Source of the DNA: Candidatus Oxydemutatoraceae bacterium
Lineage (GTDB): Bacteria; Pseudomonadota; Gammaproteobacteria; Poriferisulfidales; Oxydemutatoraceae
DNA: 64,000 bases
Assembly: GCA_965220085.1 (NCBI GenBank)
Contig: CBDCOZ010000001.1
Coordinates: 64,001 to 128,000 of the forward strand
Reading direction: 5' to 3'
The translations under genes and the position numbers were made by a program. Shown one piece after another: positions 8,246 to 20,097 of the stretch (position 1 is its first letter; every line of letters starts with the position of its first letter). The notes under the pieces were generated by a model. It was not told the origin of the DNA. It saw nothing but the letters and a program-made list of their open reading frames with translations, and ran no database searches.

Positions 8246-8443
8246 TTAACGAAACAGGTTGAAGACGATTGTCAGAATAATGCTGATGATGATGCAAGTC
8301 ACGATGGGAAAGACAAACGAGACATTTTCCGACTGGTGGAAAATGTCTCCTGGCAAGCGCCCGAACGGAAGTTTGCCGAGGCAGGGGTAGAGGATTCCGA
8401 TCAGGACGAGGACGATACCGGCGATGATGATGGCTTTTTGCAT
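8246..8443 (-). CDS. DUF2905 family small membrane protein
   Basis: GRLPGDI...FPIVTCIIISI motif. Confidence 0.8.
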   Translation of the reverse strand: MQKAIIIAGIVLVLIGILYPCLGKLPFGRLPGDIFHQSENVSFVFPIVTCIIISIILTIVFNLFR

Positions 8444-8447
8444 CGTA

Positions 8448-8645
8448 TCAAGCGGACGAGCGGGCAAGCAGTTCCTCGACCATGTTTCTAAACGCATCAT
8501 CCACTGTGAAGCAGCGCCCGTTTTCTTCGTGTAGCGAGGAGCCGTCGGCATGGAATCGCAGGATATGCCGATGGAAGGATCGCACATCCCTCACTTCGTA
8601 GTCAACACCGTTATTGTCTTTTATCGTTAATGGCTTCATCCGCAC
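8448..8645 (-). CDS. Small hypothetical protein
   Basis: 65-aa ORF collinear with the tRNAs and the DUF2905 gene; plausible composition. Confidence 0.45.
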   Translation of the reverse strand: MRMKPLTIKDNNGVDYEVRDVRSFHRHILRFHADGSSLHEENGRCFTVDDAFRNMVEELLARSSA

Positions 8646-8657
8646 CCCCTTGCAATA

Positions 8658-8734
8658 TGGCGCGCCCGAGAGGATTCGAACCCCTGACTTCTGCCTCCGG
8701 AGGGCAGCGCTCTATCCGGCTGAGCTACGGGCGC
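8658..8734 (-). tRNA. tRNA-Arg(CCG)
   Basis: GCGCCCGTAGCTCAG...CTGCC-CTCCGGA-GGCAG...GGTTCGAATCC...CCA, 77 nt. Confidence 0.97.
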
Positions 8735-8743
8735 ACGATGTGC

Positions 8744-8819
<76 letters not shown>

Positions 8820-8859
8820 CGACGCACAGGGTATCACTTTACTTCACCTGAGCCCTTTG

Positions 8860-9056
8860 CTCAATATGTCGCCCAATATGCCGCCTATATCCGGCATGCG
8901 GTGTGCGCTTGGAGCGCTTGTCGCAACGCAACTCCTCAATATGTCGCTCAATATGCCGCCCAATATGCGCCTATATCCGGCATGCGGTGTGCGCTCGGAG
9001 CGCTTGTCGCAGCGCAACTCCTCAATATGCCGCCTATATCCGATGTGCGGTGTGCG
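8860..9056. repeat. Imperfect tandem copies of the coq7 3' end
   Basis: AATATG(C)CGCCTATATCCG..TGCGGTGTGCG occurs three times (~8875, 8963, 9025). Confidence 0.85.
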
Positions 9057-9672
9057 TCATGATTTTGGCGGCAGAGCGCATCAGCAATTTAAGCGGCGGC
9101 GGCAGTTCCTGCGCGCTGTTGCGCCTCGCGCTCTCGGCGTGTCCCGCCTCGTCAACCTGTATCTGTTTGATAATCGCGATGGTGGCGACATCGTTTTGCG
9201 AAATCCTATCGATATGCGACTGCAAGTGCTCAACGACTTGCTCCTCGGTTTCCCGAACAAAGGCGTGGTTCCAACGATTGCCGAAGGCGCCGGCGACGAT
9301 CCCGATCAAAACCGAGTTGATGTACCAGAACGGGGAGAGCAGGCTTACGTGTCCGCCGAGTTGGTCTATGCGCGCGAGGCACCAGCGCAGGTGGTCGGAT
9401 TCTTCGTGCGCGTTTTGCAACATGTAATCGCGCGTTTTCTCATCGCGGGCGACGAAGGCCTGACCGTGGTAGAGCCCCTGTGCCGCTATCTCGCCGGCGT
9501 GATTGACCCGCATCAGGCGCGCCGAGTATGTTTTTTCCTCATCGCTGAGCCGCCCTTCTCGGATACCCGCAGCGGGATATTCGCGCCCGCTGCCCGCGGC
9601 GGCGCCGCTTAAGGTGCGCAAGACGGTATCCGCCTTTGCGATCAATCCGTCCAAAGGGCTGTGGCGAATCAT
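9034..9672 (-). CDS. coq7: Demethoxyubiquinone hydroxylase Coq7
   Basis: LMRVNHAGEIAAQGLY, EE-x2-HL and DEAGHA di-iron motifs. Confidence 0.93.
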   Translation of the reverse strand: MIRHSPLDGLIAKADTVLRTLSGAAAGSGREYPAAGIREGRLSDEEKTYSARLMRVNHAGEIAAQGLYHGQAFVARDEKTRDYMLQNAHEESDHLRWCLARIDQLGGHVSLLSPFWYINSVLIGIVAGAFGNRWNHAFVRETEEQVVEHLQSHIDRISQNDVATIAIIKQIQVDEAGHAESARRNSAQELPPPLKLLMRSAAKIMTHTAHRI

Positions 9673-10904
9673 GGCGTCGCCTCGCGCTCCGGCTTGTGTT
9701 GCTGGCAGAGCAGCACGATAGGGTGCATCACGGGAATGTCTGTGTCTTGCGCGCGCAACGCGCGGCGAAAGTGCATCGCACAACCGGTGTTAGACGTCAG
9801 CAGCATACGCGCGCCGCTTGCGCGCAAGTCCGCGACCTTTTCTCGTATCAGCATCTCGCCGGTCTCCAACGATTTCAGAACATGCGCGCCGCCGGCGCCG
9901 CAACAGCCGGTCTTATCGGGCAGCGCCGTGACTTTAAGCCGCGGAATCTGTCGCAGCAGGCGCAACGGCGCATCGGCTTGCTCAAGCGCCGCGCACGCGG
10001 TGCACGGAGTGTGCAAGGCGACGGTCGCATCGAGCGGCGCGAACGTCAAGCCGTCCTGTTGCAGCAGAAAATCGTGAATGTCACAGTGGCGGGCGCCCGC
10101 TTGTTGCCAATGCGCGCCGCAACCGGTTGCGACCGAGACGATGGTGTCATGACCGAATGCCGCAAAGTTCTTGCGCATGCATTGTTGTGCCGTCTCCGTA
10201 TCGCCGTTGTGCTGATAGAGCGCGCCGCAACAAGCCTGCCGCGAGGGTGTCTTGACGGCAAAGCCGCTGGCGCGAATGAGGCAGCGGGCGGCGGCCAAAG
10301 TCGGGCCTTCGCTGAGCCTGCCAACGCAACCGGCAAACAGGGACACTTCGCCCTTGTCGGCATTGCCGGACGCGCGATAGCGGCGTCGCGGCAGCGTTTG
10401 CGGGAGCATAGACTCAAGCGCTGCGAGACGGGTGTTGCGCCCGAGCAACCGCAACTTGCGCGCCGCTTTTTGCTTATGGCTGTATTGCCACAGCCAAACG
10501 CACCAACCGAGAAACTTCATCGCCCATGTATGTCGCACCGGATAATCCAGCCAGCGCGGCAAGGGCGGCAACGCTTGTTGCCGCCGCAACAACGCCTTGG
10601 CATCGTCTATCATCTGCGTATACGGAACATTGCTCGGGCACGCGCGTTCGCAACGACCGCAGTGAAGACACCGTTCAAGGTGCATGGTCAGCGTTTGATC
10701 CGCCGCAAGTTTGGCGGAGGCCAATGCCTGCATCAGCATGACCCGTCCGCGCGGCGAGTCGGTCTCGTTGCGGGTGACCGCATAGGTGGGGCATTCCTTC
10801 AGGCACAGGCCGCAAGCCACACAGCGGTCGGCGCCGAGGGTTAATCGCTGCGCGGTATCCGCGGGGATAGCGCTCTGGCTTGCATCGTTTGCAATACTCA
10901 TCAT
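9669..10904 (-). CDS. glcF: GlcF-like Fe-S/CCG-domain oxidoreductase subunit
   Basis: Two CxxCxxCxxxCP motifs, SPRGR and two CCG motifs. Confidence 0.8.
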   Translation of the reverse strand: MMSIANDASQSAIPADTAQRLTLGADRCVACGLCLKECPTYAVTRNETDSPRGRVMLMQALASAKLAADQTLTMHLERCLHCGRCERACPSNVPYTQMIDDAKALLRRQQALPPLPRWLDYPVRHTWAMKFLGWCVWLWQYSHKQKAARKLRLLGRNTRLAALESMLPQTLPRRRYRASGNADKGEVSLFAGCVGRLSEGPTLAAARCLIRASGFAVKTPSRQACCGALYQHNGDTETAQQCMRKNFAAFGHDTIVSVATGCGAHWQQAGARHCDIHDFLLQQDGLTFAPLDATVALHTPCTACAALEQADAPLRLLRQIPRLKVTALPDKTGCCGAGGAHVLKSLETGEMLIREKVADLRASGARMLLTSNTGCAMHFRRALRAQDTDIPVMHPIVLLCQQHKPEREATP

Positions 10905-10942
10905 AATGTCAGGATAGCACTTTTATGGGGATTTGTGATGCA

Positions 10943-11434
10943 ATGATAAAAATTACTGTACTGGCGACCGGCGGCACATTTGACAAAAACTACTGCGACG
11001 ATCTGAGCGATTATCGTATCGGAAAACCGCAGGTAACGGAAATCTTGCAACAGGCGAATGTCGGCTTTGAGACGGTTGTGGAGGCCATCATCGGCAAAGA
11101 CAGCCTTGATATGACCGCCGAAGATCGGCGTCTTTTGTATCAGCGGGTGGCCGAGGATACGAACTCAAGAGTCGTGATCACGCACGGCACCGACACCATG
11201 GTTGAAACGGCACAGGCGCTTGCGCCCATCAAAGACAAGACGATCGTGATCACCGGCGCTATGCAACCGGCGCGGTTTAGGAATACCGATGCGCACTTCA
11301 ACGCTGGCTTTGCCTTTGCCGCCGTGCGCCTGCTCCCAGCGGGGGTTTATATTGCCATGAACGGCCTGATTCTAAACCCAGAAGAGGCGGTCAAAAACCG
11401 CGCCCAAGCGCGCTTTGAACGGCGCAAGCCCTGA
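10943..11434 (+). CDS. Short asparaginase-domain protein
   Basis: ATGGTFDK and ITHGTDTM. Confidence 0.9.
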   Translation: MIKITVLATGGTFDKNYCDDLSDYRIGKPQVTEILQQANVGFETVVEAIIGKDSLDMTAEDRRLLYQRVAEDTNSRVVITHGTDTMVETAQALAPIKDKTIVITGAMQPARFRNTDAHFNAGFAFAAVRLLPAGVYIAMNGLILNPEEAVKNRAQARFERRKP

Positions 11435-11465
11435 TGCGCGGCTTGCGCGCGGCGCTTGTCTCGCC

Positions 11466-11491
11466 CTTGAAATTTTTCCGGCTGTCCCCAT
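11466..11491 (+). promoter_or_regulatory. Sigma-32 (RpoH) promoter
   Basis: CTTGAA-N14-CCCCAT upstream of hsp20. Confidence 0.85.
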
Positions 11492-11544
11492 CTGTATGCC
11501 TGTCAGCAGAGTTTAGACTGACAATCTGAAACGGAGGAAAAGCA

Positions 11545-11970
11545 ATGTATATGACAAACTACGATCCATTTTTCGGAGATGCGCTGAGAAAATTCTTTCT
11601 CAATCCGGTGTCAGCGGAAGCCGGCGAAGGCAATTACCTGACGCCTGCGGTTGACATCAAGGAAGACGAGTCAAAGTGGACTTTTCTGATCAATGTGCCG
11701 GGCGTCAAACCCGCCGACATCAATGTACACGTTGAAGACGGCGACCTTTTGGTGGAAGCACATCGCGAGGAAGAGCACAAAGAAGAAAAGGGCAAATACA
11801 CCCATGTTGAGCGCTGCGAGGGCGGCTATAAAAGACGCTTCTCCCTGCCGACTTCCGCCGATGCCAACGGCATTTCCGCCAAGGCGGACAACGGTGTCTT
11901 GAGCATCACAGTGCGGAAGAAAGAAGAAGTGCAACCGAAGAAGATAGCGGTGGACGTCGCCAACGGCTAA
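11545..11970 (+). CDS. Hsp20 small heat-shock protein
   Basis: PAVDIKE, VPGV, ERxxGxYKRRFSLP and NGVLSI. Confidence 0.95.
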   Translation: MYMTNYDPFFGDALRKFFLNPVSAEAGEGNYLTPAVDIKEDESKWTFLINVPGVKPADINVHVEDGDLLVEAHREEEHKEEKGKYTHVERCEGGYKRRFSLPTSADANGISAKADNGVLSITVRKKEEVQPKKIAVDVANG

Positions 11971-11983
11971 ACCGCCAAACTAT

Positions 11984-12023
11984 AAAGCGCCATGTCTTGT
12001 CCGAGGCGTGGCGCTTTTGTTTT
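11984..12023 (+). terminator. Intrinsic terminator
   Basis: AAAGCGCCATGTCTT-GTCC-GAGGCGTGGCGCTTT followed by a T run. Confidence 0.75.
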
Positions 12024-12072
12024 ATACTTTCCGAACCATTTCACCATCGCTTGCAAGCAAACTGATTAGACT

Positions 12073-13455
<1,383 letters not shown>

Positions 13456-13889
13456 GCGCCGCCCGCGGCAGGCAAGCGCCCGTCGCCTGTAACGCCCGCA
13501 AAGCCGACATCATCCTGTCGGTCAACCGCCGCCCGGTTTCCGACTTTGACGAAATGGAGACCGTCATAGAGCGCGACAAAGCGCTGTTGTTGCGCCTGCA
13601 ACGCGACGGCAAGGTCATCTTTTACGCCCTGCGCCCGTAGGCGCCGCCCGCGGCAGGCAAGCGCCCGTCGCCTGTAACGCCCGCAAAGACGACATCATCC
13701 TGTCGGTCAACCGCCGCCCGGTTTCCGACTTTGACGAAATGGAGGCCGTCATAGAGCGCGACAAAGCGCTGTTGTTGCGCCTGCAACGCGACGGCAAGGT
13801 CATCTTTTACGCCCTGCGCCCGTAGGCGCCGCCCGCGGCAGGCAAGCGCCCGTCGCCCGCTCAGCGCAACGATCTGCGCAAAGACGCGC

Positions 13890-14342
13890 CTATGCGGAGT
13901 ACGGCTTGGACGAATGGTGCGCCGCTATCCTGAGCCCGTCGCCGCTTTTCTCATACATAATGGTGTATTCCATCACCGCCATGTCGCCGTCGTTCGGCTG
14001 AAAATAGTACACCCCTCCGGCGATGGCGATGTCGTCTTTCAAAATGATAGCGGTATTGTCAAAACGTATATCGCGAAAACCGACCAGCGCAAAACCGGTG
14101 TCCTCGGGGTAGTCCGGATTGCCGCCGATGAAATACGAGACGAACCCGGCCTCGCTGTTGCGAAACGGAATCTTGGCCGCTCGCGTCGGTTTGAAAGACA
14201 ACTCATCGTTGTTATAAAGCGTCCTAAAAAACTCTTTTGCTTTTGCTTCCAGCGCGGCGCGGTCGTCTTTTAAGGGGCTCAAAGCCATTATAAATTCCTT
14301 CCACGCATTCTGCGCCGCCAAAACTTCTTCTGTTTGAATCAT
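13890..14342 (-). CDS. COG4337/NTF2-like protein, candidate iota carbonic anhydrase
   Basis: FKPT, SYFIGG, EDTGFAL, EYT and C-terminal HHSS motifs. AAGGAG RBS. Confidence 0.7.
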   Translation of the reverse strand: MIQTEEVLAAQNAWKEFIMALSPLKDDRAALEAKAKEFFRTLYNNDELSFKPTRAAKIPFRNSEAGFVSYFIGGNPDYPEDTGFALVGFRDIRFDNTAIILKDDIAIAGGVYYFQPNDGDMAVMEYTIMYEKSGDGLRIAAHHSSKPYSA

Positions 14343-14497
14343 GATGCTCTCCTTAATCTCGCTTGTAATAAGAAGCCCGAATGTCATCGGGGCGAATCGC
14401 CATTATAAAAGAATCCGCGCCTTCGGCTTCCCCGCGCACTCCGAACGGTGTCCGCGTCCGCCGTCCGCACCCGCCGCCGTCCGCAAACATCCTTGCA

Positions 14498-14731
14498 TTA
14501 TCCGCCGGTCACTGGCGGGAAGAATGCGACTTCATCGCCGTCGCGCACGGCTGTTTCGTCTTTGGCGTACTCATAGTTGACCGCGCACAGCGCGTCTTTG
14601 AAGGCGTCGCTGTCGATGCCCAGCGCGCGCCGGACATCGGCGACGGTTGCGATGCCGCCGTCATCCAGCGCGCATCCGTCGCACTTGAGTTCCTCGCGCA
14701 ACGATGCAAAGTATTTGATTGTTATTGCCAT
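14498..14731 (-). CDS. moaD: Molybdopterin synthase sulfur carrier
   Basis: YFASLRE...FFPPVTGG. Confidence 0.93.
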   Translation of the reverse strand: MAITIKYFASLREELKCDGCALDDGGIATVADVRRALGIDSDAFKDALCAVNYEYAKDETAVRDGDEVAFFPPVTGG

Positions 14732-14843
14732 ATCTTTTGACTGTGAATCGGCCGCATGATGCATCCATATTATGATTTTACCGCTTCATATCATAATATG
14801 GGTTTCCCTGCCGGCGCAGGGGCGATACATACAGAGAAAGAAG

Positions 14844-15338
14844 ATGACCGATTTCACTCATTTTGACAAGGGCGGCAAGGCGCGGATGGTCAATGTCGGG
14901 GCGAAGGACTTGACGCAACGTAGCGCGATTGCCGAGGGCCGCATCGCGATGGCGCAAAAGACGCTGGACGGCATTCGCGCGGGCGCGCACGGCAAGGGCG
15001 ATGTGCTCGCTGTCGCGCGGCTGGCGGGTATCATGGGCGCGAAGAAGACCGCCGATTTGATACCGCTGTGTCATCCGCTGAGCCTGAGCGGCATCACCGT
15101 TGATTTTGCAACGAGCGATGCGCCGCCGGCGGTGATGTGCCGGGCGCGTGTTGAGACCTGCGACCGCACGGGGGTCGAGATGGAAGCGCTGACCGCGGTG
15201 CAAGCGGCGCTGCTGACGATTTATGATATGTGCAAGTCGGCCGACCGCGGCATGACGATGGGCGGCATCGCGCTGATAGAAAAGCGCGGCGGCAAGTCGG
15301 GCACCTGGCGGCGCGGCGACGACGATACGCCGGCATGA
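14844..15338 (+). CDS. moaC: Cyclic pyranopterin monophosphate synthase
   Basis: LIPLCH and TGVEMEALT. Confidence 0.96.
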   Translation: MTDFTHFDKGGKARMVNVGAKDLTQRSAIAEGRIAMAQKTLDGIRAGAHGKGDVLAVARLAGIMGAKKTADLIPLCHPLSLSGITVDFATSDAPPAVMCRARVETCDRTGVEMEALTAVQAALLTIYDMCKSADRGMTMGGIALIEKRGGKSGTWRRGDDDTPA

Positions 15339-15384
15339 CGGGCTCGTTTTGCTGTTCGGCAAACAACAGACAGACTTTTTAACT

Positions 15385-16626
15385 ATGGCGATAGCGGGAA
15401 AACATATTTTGCTGGGTGTGTGCGGCAGTGTCGCGGCATACAAGGCGGCGCTCTTGTTGCGCGAGTTGCGGCGTCACGGCGCCGATGTGCGCGTTGTGAT
15501 GACGGCGGGTGCGAAAGAGTTTGTCACGCCGCTTACGTTTCAGGCCCTGTCGGGGCATCCGGTTGAGGAACACGCGTTTGACGGCGCCGGCGACGACGGG
15601 ATGAAGCACATCGCGCTGGCGCGCTGGGCGGATATGGTGTTGCTGGCGCCGGCGACTGCGAATGTGCTGGCGAAGCTGGCGCACGGCTTGGCGGATGATT
15701 TGCTGACGATGGTGTGTGTGGCGCAAGACACGCCGTTGGCGATAGCGCCGGCGATGAACCGGCAGATGTGGGAGCATCCGGCGACGCGCGACAATGCGAA
15801 GATATTGCAACAACGCGGGGCGAGGCTGTTAGGCCCGGCGCGCGGCGAGCAAGCGTGCGGCGATACCGGCGCCGGCAGGATGATGGAGCCCGCTGCGATA
15901 GCAGATGCGTTGATGAACTCGCCCGCCAGGGGGCGGCTTGCCGGACGGCGGCTTGTCATCACGGCCGGGCCTACGCACGAGGCGATCGATCCGGTTCGTT
16001 ACATCACGAACCGCAGTTCGGGCAAGATGGGTTTTGCGCTGGCGCGCGCTGCGGTCGCGCTGGATGCCGAGGTGGTGTTGGTGGCCGGGCCGGTGCGGTT
16101 GGCAACGCCCGCAAACGTGCGGCGCGCGGATGTGACGAGCGCCGATGAGATGGCGCGGGCGGCGTTGCGCGAGGCGCCGGGCGCCGATATTTTTATCGGT
16201 TGTGCCGCAGTCGGCGATTATCGCCCGGCACAGGTCAGTGACAAGAAGTTTAAGCGCGGCGACAGCGCCCTGTCCCTTGAGTTGGTTCCCGTCGCGGACA
16301 TACTCAAGGCGGTCGCCGCGCAGTCGCCGCATCCGTTTGTGGTCGGCTTTGCCGCCGAGACCGAGCGCCTTGCGGCGAATGCCAAACAGAAATTATTGGA
16401 GAAAAATCTGGATATCATCTTTGCCAATCGTGTCGGTTCGCGCCTTGACACCGGCTTTGACGGCGAGGACAACGAAGTGACGGCGTATTGGCGCGGCGGC
16501 GAGGCGGCGTTTGGCAAGGCGAGCAAGTCGGCGCTCGCCGGGCAGTTGATGGACTTGGTGGCCGAACATTTTTTGGCCCGGGTTGCGGACAATGGAGAAA
16601 CAAAAGGTACAACTCAAAATTCTTGA
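15385..16626 (+). CDS. coaBC: Phosphopantothenoylcysteine decarboxylase/ligase
   Basis: GSVAAYK, PAMN, ACGDTG and TNRSSGKMG. Confidence 0.96.
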   Translation: MAIAGKHILLGVCGSVAAYKAALLLRELRRHGADVRVVMTAGAKEFVTPLTFQALSGHPVEEHAFDGAGDDGMKHIALARWADMVLLAPATANVLAKLAHGLADDLLTMVCVAQDTPLAIAPAMNRQMWEHPATRDNAKILQQRGARLLGPARGEQACGDTGAGRMMEPAAIADALMNSPARGRLAGRRLVITAGPTHEAIDPVRYITNRSSGKMGFALARAAVALDAEVVLVAGPVRLATPANVRRADVTSADEMARAALREAPGADIFIGCAAVGDYRPAQVSDKKFKRGDSALSLELVPVADILKAVAAQSPHPFVVGFAAETERLAANAKQKLLEKNLDIIFANRVGSRLDTGFDGEDNEVTAYWRGGEAAFGKASKSALAGQLMDLVAEHFLARVADNGETKGTTQNS

Positions 16627-17053
16627 CCCGCGCATCGGCAGCGAATTCCCGTTGCCGAGTTATGCGACCGACGGTTCCGCCGGTCTTGATTTGCGCGCGC
16701 TGCTTGACGATGCGCTGACCGTCGCGCCGGGCAAGACCGAGTTGATACCGACCGGCTTGGCCATTCATATCGGGACGCCGGCGCTGGCCGCGGTAATCCT
16801 GCCGCGCTCCGGACTCGGGCACAAACACGGGATCGTGCTCGGCAACCTGACCGGTTTGATCGACTCGGACTATCAGGGGCAGTTGTTTGTGTCGTGCTGG
16901 AATCGCGGCGACAAGGCGTATGCGGTGGAGCCCGGCGAGCGCATCGCGCAGATGATTTTCACTCCGATCGTCCGCGCCGACTTCGAAGTCGTCAAGGAAT
17001 TTAAGCAAAGCGCGCGCGGGGCGGGCGGTTTCGGACACTCCGGTCGCCGATGA
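16592..17053 (+). CDS. dut: dUTPase
   Basis: [15 protein letters not shown] and [10 protein letters not shown]. Confidence 0.97.
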   Translation: MEKQKVQLKILDPRIGSEFPLPSYATDGSAGLDLRALLDDALTVAPGKTELIPTGLAIHIGTPALAAVILPRSGLGHKHGIVLGNLTGLIDSDYQGQLFVSCWNRGDKAYAVEPGERIAQMIFTPIVRADFEVVKEFKQSARGAGGFGHSGRR

Positions 17054-18426
17054 ACGCCGCGATTGATCCCGCCATCTTCCGCGCCTACGACATTCGCGGC
17101 GTAGTTGACTCCCAGTTGAACGAGACGGTCATGCGCCTCATCGGCGCCGCGCTTGCGACGCGCTATCCGCAAGTCAAGCAAGTGGCGCTCGGTCGCGACG
17201 GGCGCTTATCCGGCGAGCGGCTGATGTGCGCGCTGAGCGAAGGCTTGCGGCAGTGCGGCGCGGATGTGCTGGATGTCGGCGAAGTGCCGACGCCGGCGCT
17301 CTATTACGCGGCGGCGGAACATTGCGACGGCTCCGGTTTGATGGTCACCGGCAGCCACAATCCGGCGCAATACAACGGCGTGAAGATGATGATGGCCGGG
17401 CATACGCTGGCGGGCGACGATGTGCGCGCCGTCTATGAGACGATGCGCGCCGGCGCATTCGCTGACGGCGACGGCTCGGCGCATACGCTGGATGTGCGCG
17501 ATGGCTATGTCGGGCGGATTGCCGCCGACATTACCGTTGCCCGCCCGTTGCGCATCGTGATCGATTGCGGCAACGGAGTCGCCGGGCCGGTTGCGATGCG
17601 GTTGTTCAAGGCGCTCGGTTGCGAGGCAGTCGGTTTGTATTGCGATGTGGACGGGCGTTTTCCCAACCATCACCCGAACCCGAGCGAGGTCAAAAATCTG
17701 CGCGACTTAATCGCCGCCGTGGCGGCGCAAGGCGCTGCGATCGGTTTTGCTTTTGACGGCGACGGCGACCGCCTCGGTGTGGTGGATGACAGCGGCAATG
17801 TCATCTGGGCCGACCGCCAGATGATGATCTATGCGCGTCACCTCCTGCGCGATCATGCCGGCGCGGGGGTGGTCTATGACGTCAAGTCGTCGTCCCGCCT
17901 GACCCGATTGATCAAGGCATGCGGCGGCAAACCGTATATGAGCCGCACCGGGCATTCCTACATCAAGGCGATGTTAAAAGAGACCGGCGCCAAACTCGCC
18001 GGCGAGATGAGCGGGCACATATTTTTCAGCGACCGCTGGTATGGTTTTGACGATGCGCTGTATGCGGCGGCGCGGATGCTTGAGATCATCGCCGCCGACG
18101 GGCGCGCGAGCAGCGATATATTTTCCGAGTTGCCGTCGTCTTGCAGCACGCCGGAGCTGACGATCGACTTTAGCGAGGAAGGGATGCAACACGATTTTAT
18201 CGAGCGCTTTGTCGCGCGCGCGAGTTTTGACGGCGCCGTGATCAACAAGACCGACGGCTTGCGCGCCGAGTTTGACAACGGCTGGGGTCTGGCGCGGGCG
18301 TCCAACACGACGCCGTGTTTGGTGTTGCGCTTTGAGGGCGATGACGAACAGGCGCTGTCGGCCATTCGCGACAAGTTTCGCGCGCAACTGCTCGCGACCG
18401 ACCCGTCGCTGGCGCTAGATTTCTGA
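17050..18426 (+). CDS. algC: Phosphomannomutase/phosphoglucomutase
   Basis: [20 protein letters not shown] and GEMSGH. Confidence 0.93.
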   Translation: MNAAIDPAIFRAYDIRGVVDSQLNETVMRLIGAALATRYPQVKQVALGRDGRLSGERLMCALSEGLRQCGADVLDVGEVPTPALYYAAAEHCDGSGLMVTGSHNPAQYNGVKMMMAGHTLAGDDVRAVYETMRAGAFADGDGSAHTLDVRDGYVGRIAADITVARPLRIVIDCGNGVAGPVAMRLFKALGCEAVGLYCDVDGRFPNHHPNPSEVKNLRDLIAAVAAQGAAIGFAFDGDGDRLGVVDDSGNVIWADRQMMIYARHLLRDHAGAGVVYDVKSSSRLTRLIKACGGKPYMSRTGHSYIKAMLKETGAKLAGEMSGHIFFSDRWYGFDDALYAAARMLEIIAADGRASSDIFSELPSSCSTPELTIDFSEEGMQHDFIERFVARASFDGAVINKTDGLRAEFDNGWGLARASNTTPCLVLRFEGDDEQALSAIRDKFRAQLLATDPSLALDF

Positions 18427-18635
18427 GCGATACGATGGACAGTCCGCGCCAAAGAGTCAAGTTTTTAAGCGAAGCCCTGCCGCACATACAGAAGTTTCGC
18501 GACAAGTTTCGCGCGCAACTGCTTGCGACCGACCCGTCGCTGGCGCTGAATTTCTAAGATACGATGGACAGTCCGCACCAAAGAGTCAAGTTTTTAAGCG
18601 AGGCGTTGCCGTACATACAGAAGTTTCGCGACAAG
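18365..18635 (+). repeat. Tandem duplication of the algC-argB junction (131/129 bp)
   Basis: Bounded by TTCGCGACAAG at 18365, 18496 and 18625. Confidence 0.92.
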
Positions 18636-19430
18636 GTCATCGTCGTCAAATACGGCGGCAGCGCGATGACAGATGACGCGCTCAAGCAACAATTCGCGCG
18701 CGATATCGTGTTGCTCAAAGCGGTCGGCATGCATCCGGTTGTGGCGCACGGCGGCGGCCCGCATATTTCAAAGAACCTCGCGCAGGCCGGCATAGAGGCG
18801 CGGTTTGTCAACGGCTTGCGCGTCACCTGTGCCGAGACGATGAAGGTCGTGGAGCGCACTTTGTCCGAAGTGAACCGCGGCATCGTTGCCGGAATCAATG
18901 CCGCCGGCGGCGAGGCGCTCGGCGTGACCGACCACATGATTCGCGCGCGGAAGTTGCCGCCGGTCGAAGAGAACGGCAAGCCGGTCGACCTCGGCTATGT
19001 CGGCGAAGTAGTCGGCATCGTGCCGCGGCTGCGGGAGATCGTCGCGCATCAAACACAGGTTGCGGTTATCTCGCCGGTTGCAAAAGGCTCCGACGGCGGC
19101 AGCTATAACGTCAACGGCGATATCGCGGCGAGCCATATCGCGATCAGCCTCGGCGCGGAGAAACTGATCATGCTGACGGATACCGCCGGCCTGTTGGACG
19201 AGCAAGGCCGCCTGATCAGCGAGGCAAGCCGGAACGAAGTCGCCGCCATGATCGGCAAAGGCATCATTCACGGCGGCATGCTGCCGAAAGTGCAATGTAT
19301 GTTTGACAGCGTGGATCAGGGAGTGCGCTTAGCGCACATCATAGACGGCCGCGTCGCACACGCCTTGTTGCTTGAATTGCTGACCGACGAGGGTGTCGGC
19401 ACCCTGATTCACAACCATCGCGCAACCTAA
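18564..19430 (+). CDS. argB: Acetylglutamate kinase
   Basis: VKYGGSAM, HGGGP, GLRVT and GGMLPK. Confidence 0.96.
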   Translation: MDSPHQRVKFLSEALPYIQKFRDKVIVVKYGGSAMTDDALKQQFARDIVLLKAVGMHPVVAHGGGPHISKNLAQAGIEARFVNGLRVTCAETMKVVERTLSEVNRGIVAGINAAGGEALGVTDHMIRARKLPPVEENGKPVDLGYVGEVVGIVPRLREIVAHQTQVAVISPVAKGSDGGSYNVNGDIAASHIAISLGAEKLIMLTDTAGLLDEQGRLISEASRNEVAAMIGKGIIHGGMLPKVQCMFDSVDQGVRLAHIIDGRVAHALLLELLTDEGVGTLIHNHRAT

Positions 19431-19548
19431 GCGCGGCATTCATCGCAAGCGACACATCGCTCGCCGCAACGTCTTTGGTCAGGCTACCGAGTGAGACAAA
19501 GTTGGCACCGTAGCGGGCAATATCCGCCGGGTTTGTAAAGTAAGCCTT

Positions 19549-19864
19549 TTAAATTCCCCGTGCGTCATCGTAGAGCGAGCTAAATTCAAGTTTGCGTACG
19601 CGGAATTTTGTCCCGTGATTGCGGACGCTGCCAGTGGGATTCGTCCTCGCGTCAAAGTCCACAAGCACGGCCCCGCGCACAATCCCCTCAAACAATTCGG
19701 ACGGGAGAAAATCCTTCAGAATCTTCATCTCCATGAATCGGACAATGTCGCCCTCCTTTTCGCCGCGCACATAAATGCAGTTCGGCAGTTTTTTGCTTGC
19801 TGTGCGGGACAGTTCATCTTTTGTCCAAACAATCGGATACTTCAATTGTCCGCCGCAACGCTCC
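19549..19864 (-). pseudogene. C-terminal fragment of a MvaI/BcnI-like restriction endonuclease
   Basis: W-x8-KKL...VDFDAR...RNHGTKFRV. The N-terminal part is replaced by 87-bp repeats. Adjacent to an MTase. Confidence 0.6.
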
Positions 19865-20057
19865 CGCACTTCCCGCGACCAAGCGGCGTGTTTCGGCGCG
19901 ACATTTTCGTGACTAACAGTCACCCGCGCCGCCGCCGCCGTCGCCAACGCCCGCGCTTCCCGCGACCAAGCGGCGCGTTTCGGCGTGACATCTTCGCGGC
20001 TAACAGTCACCCGCGCCGCCGCCGCCGTCGCCAACGCCCGCGCTTCCCCCAACCAAG
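19865..20057. repeat. 87-bp tandem repeat (~2.2 copies)
   Basis: CGC(A/G)CTTCCC at 19865, 19952 and 20039. Confidence 0.9.
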
Positions 20058-20097
20058 CGCGTGTTCGACGCCTTCCGGATTGAAAGTGACTTCCGCC

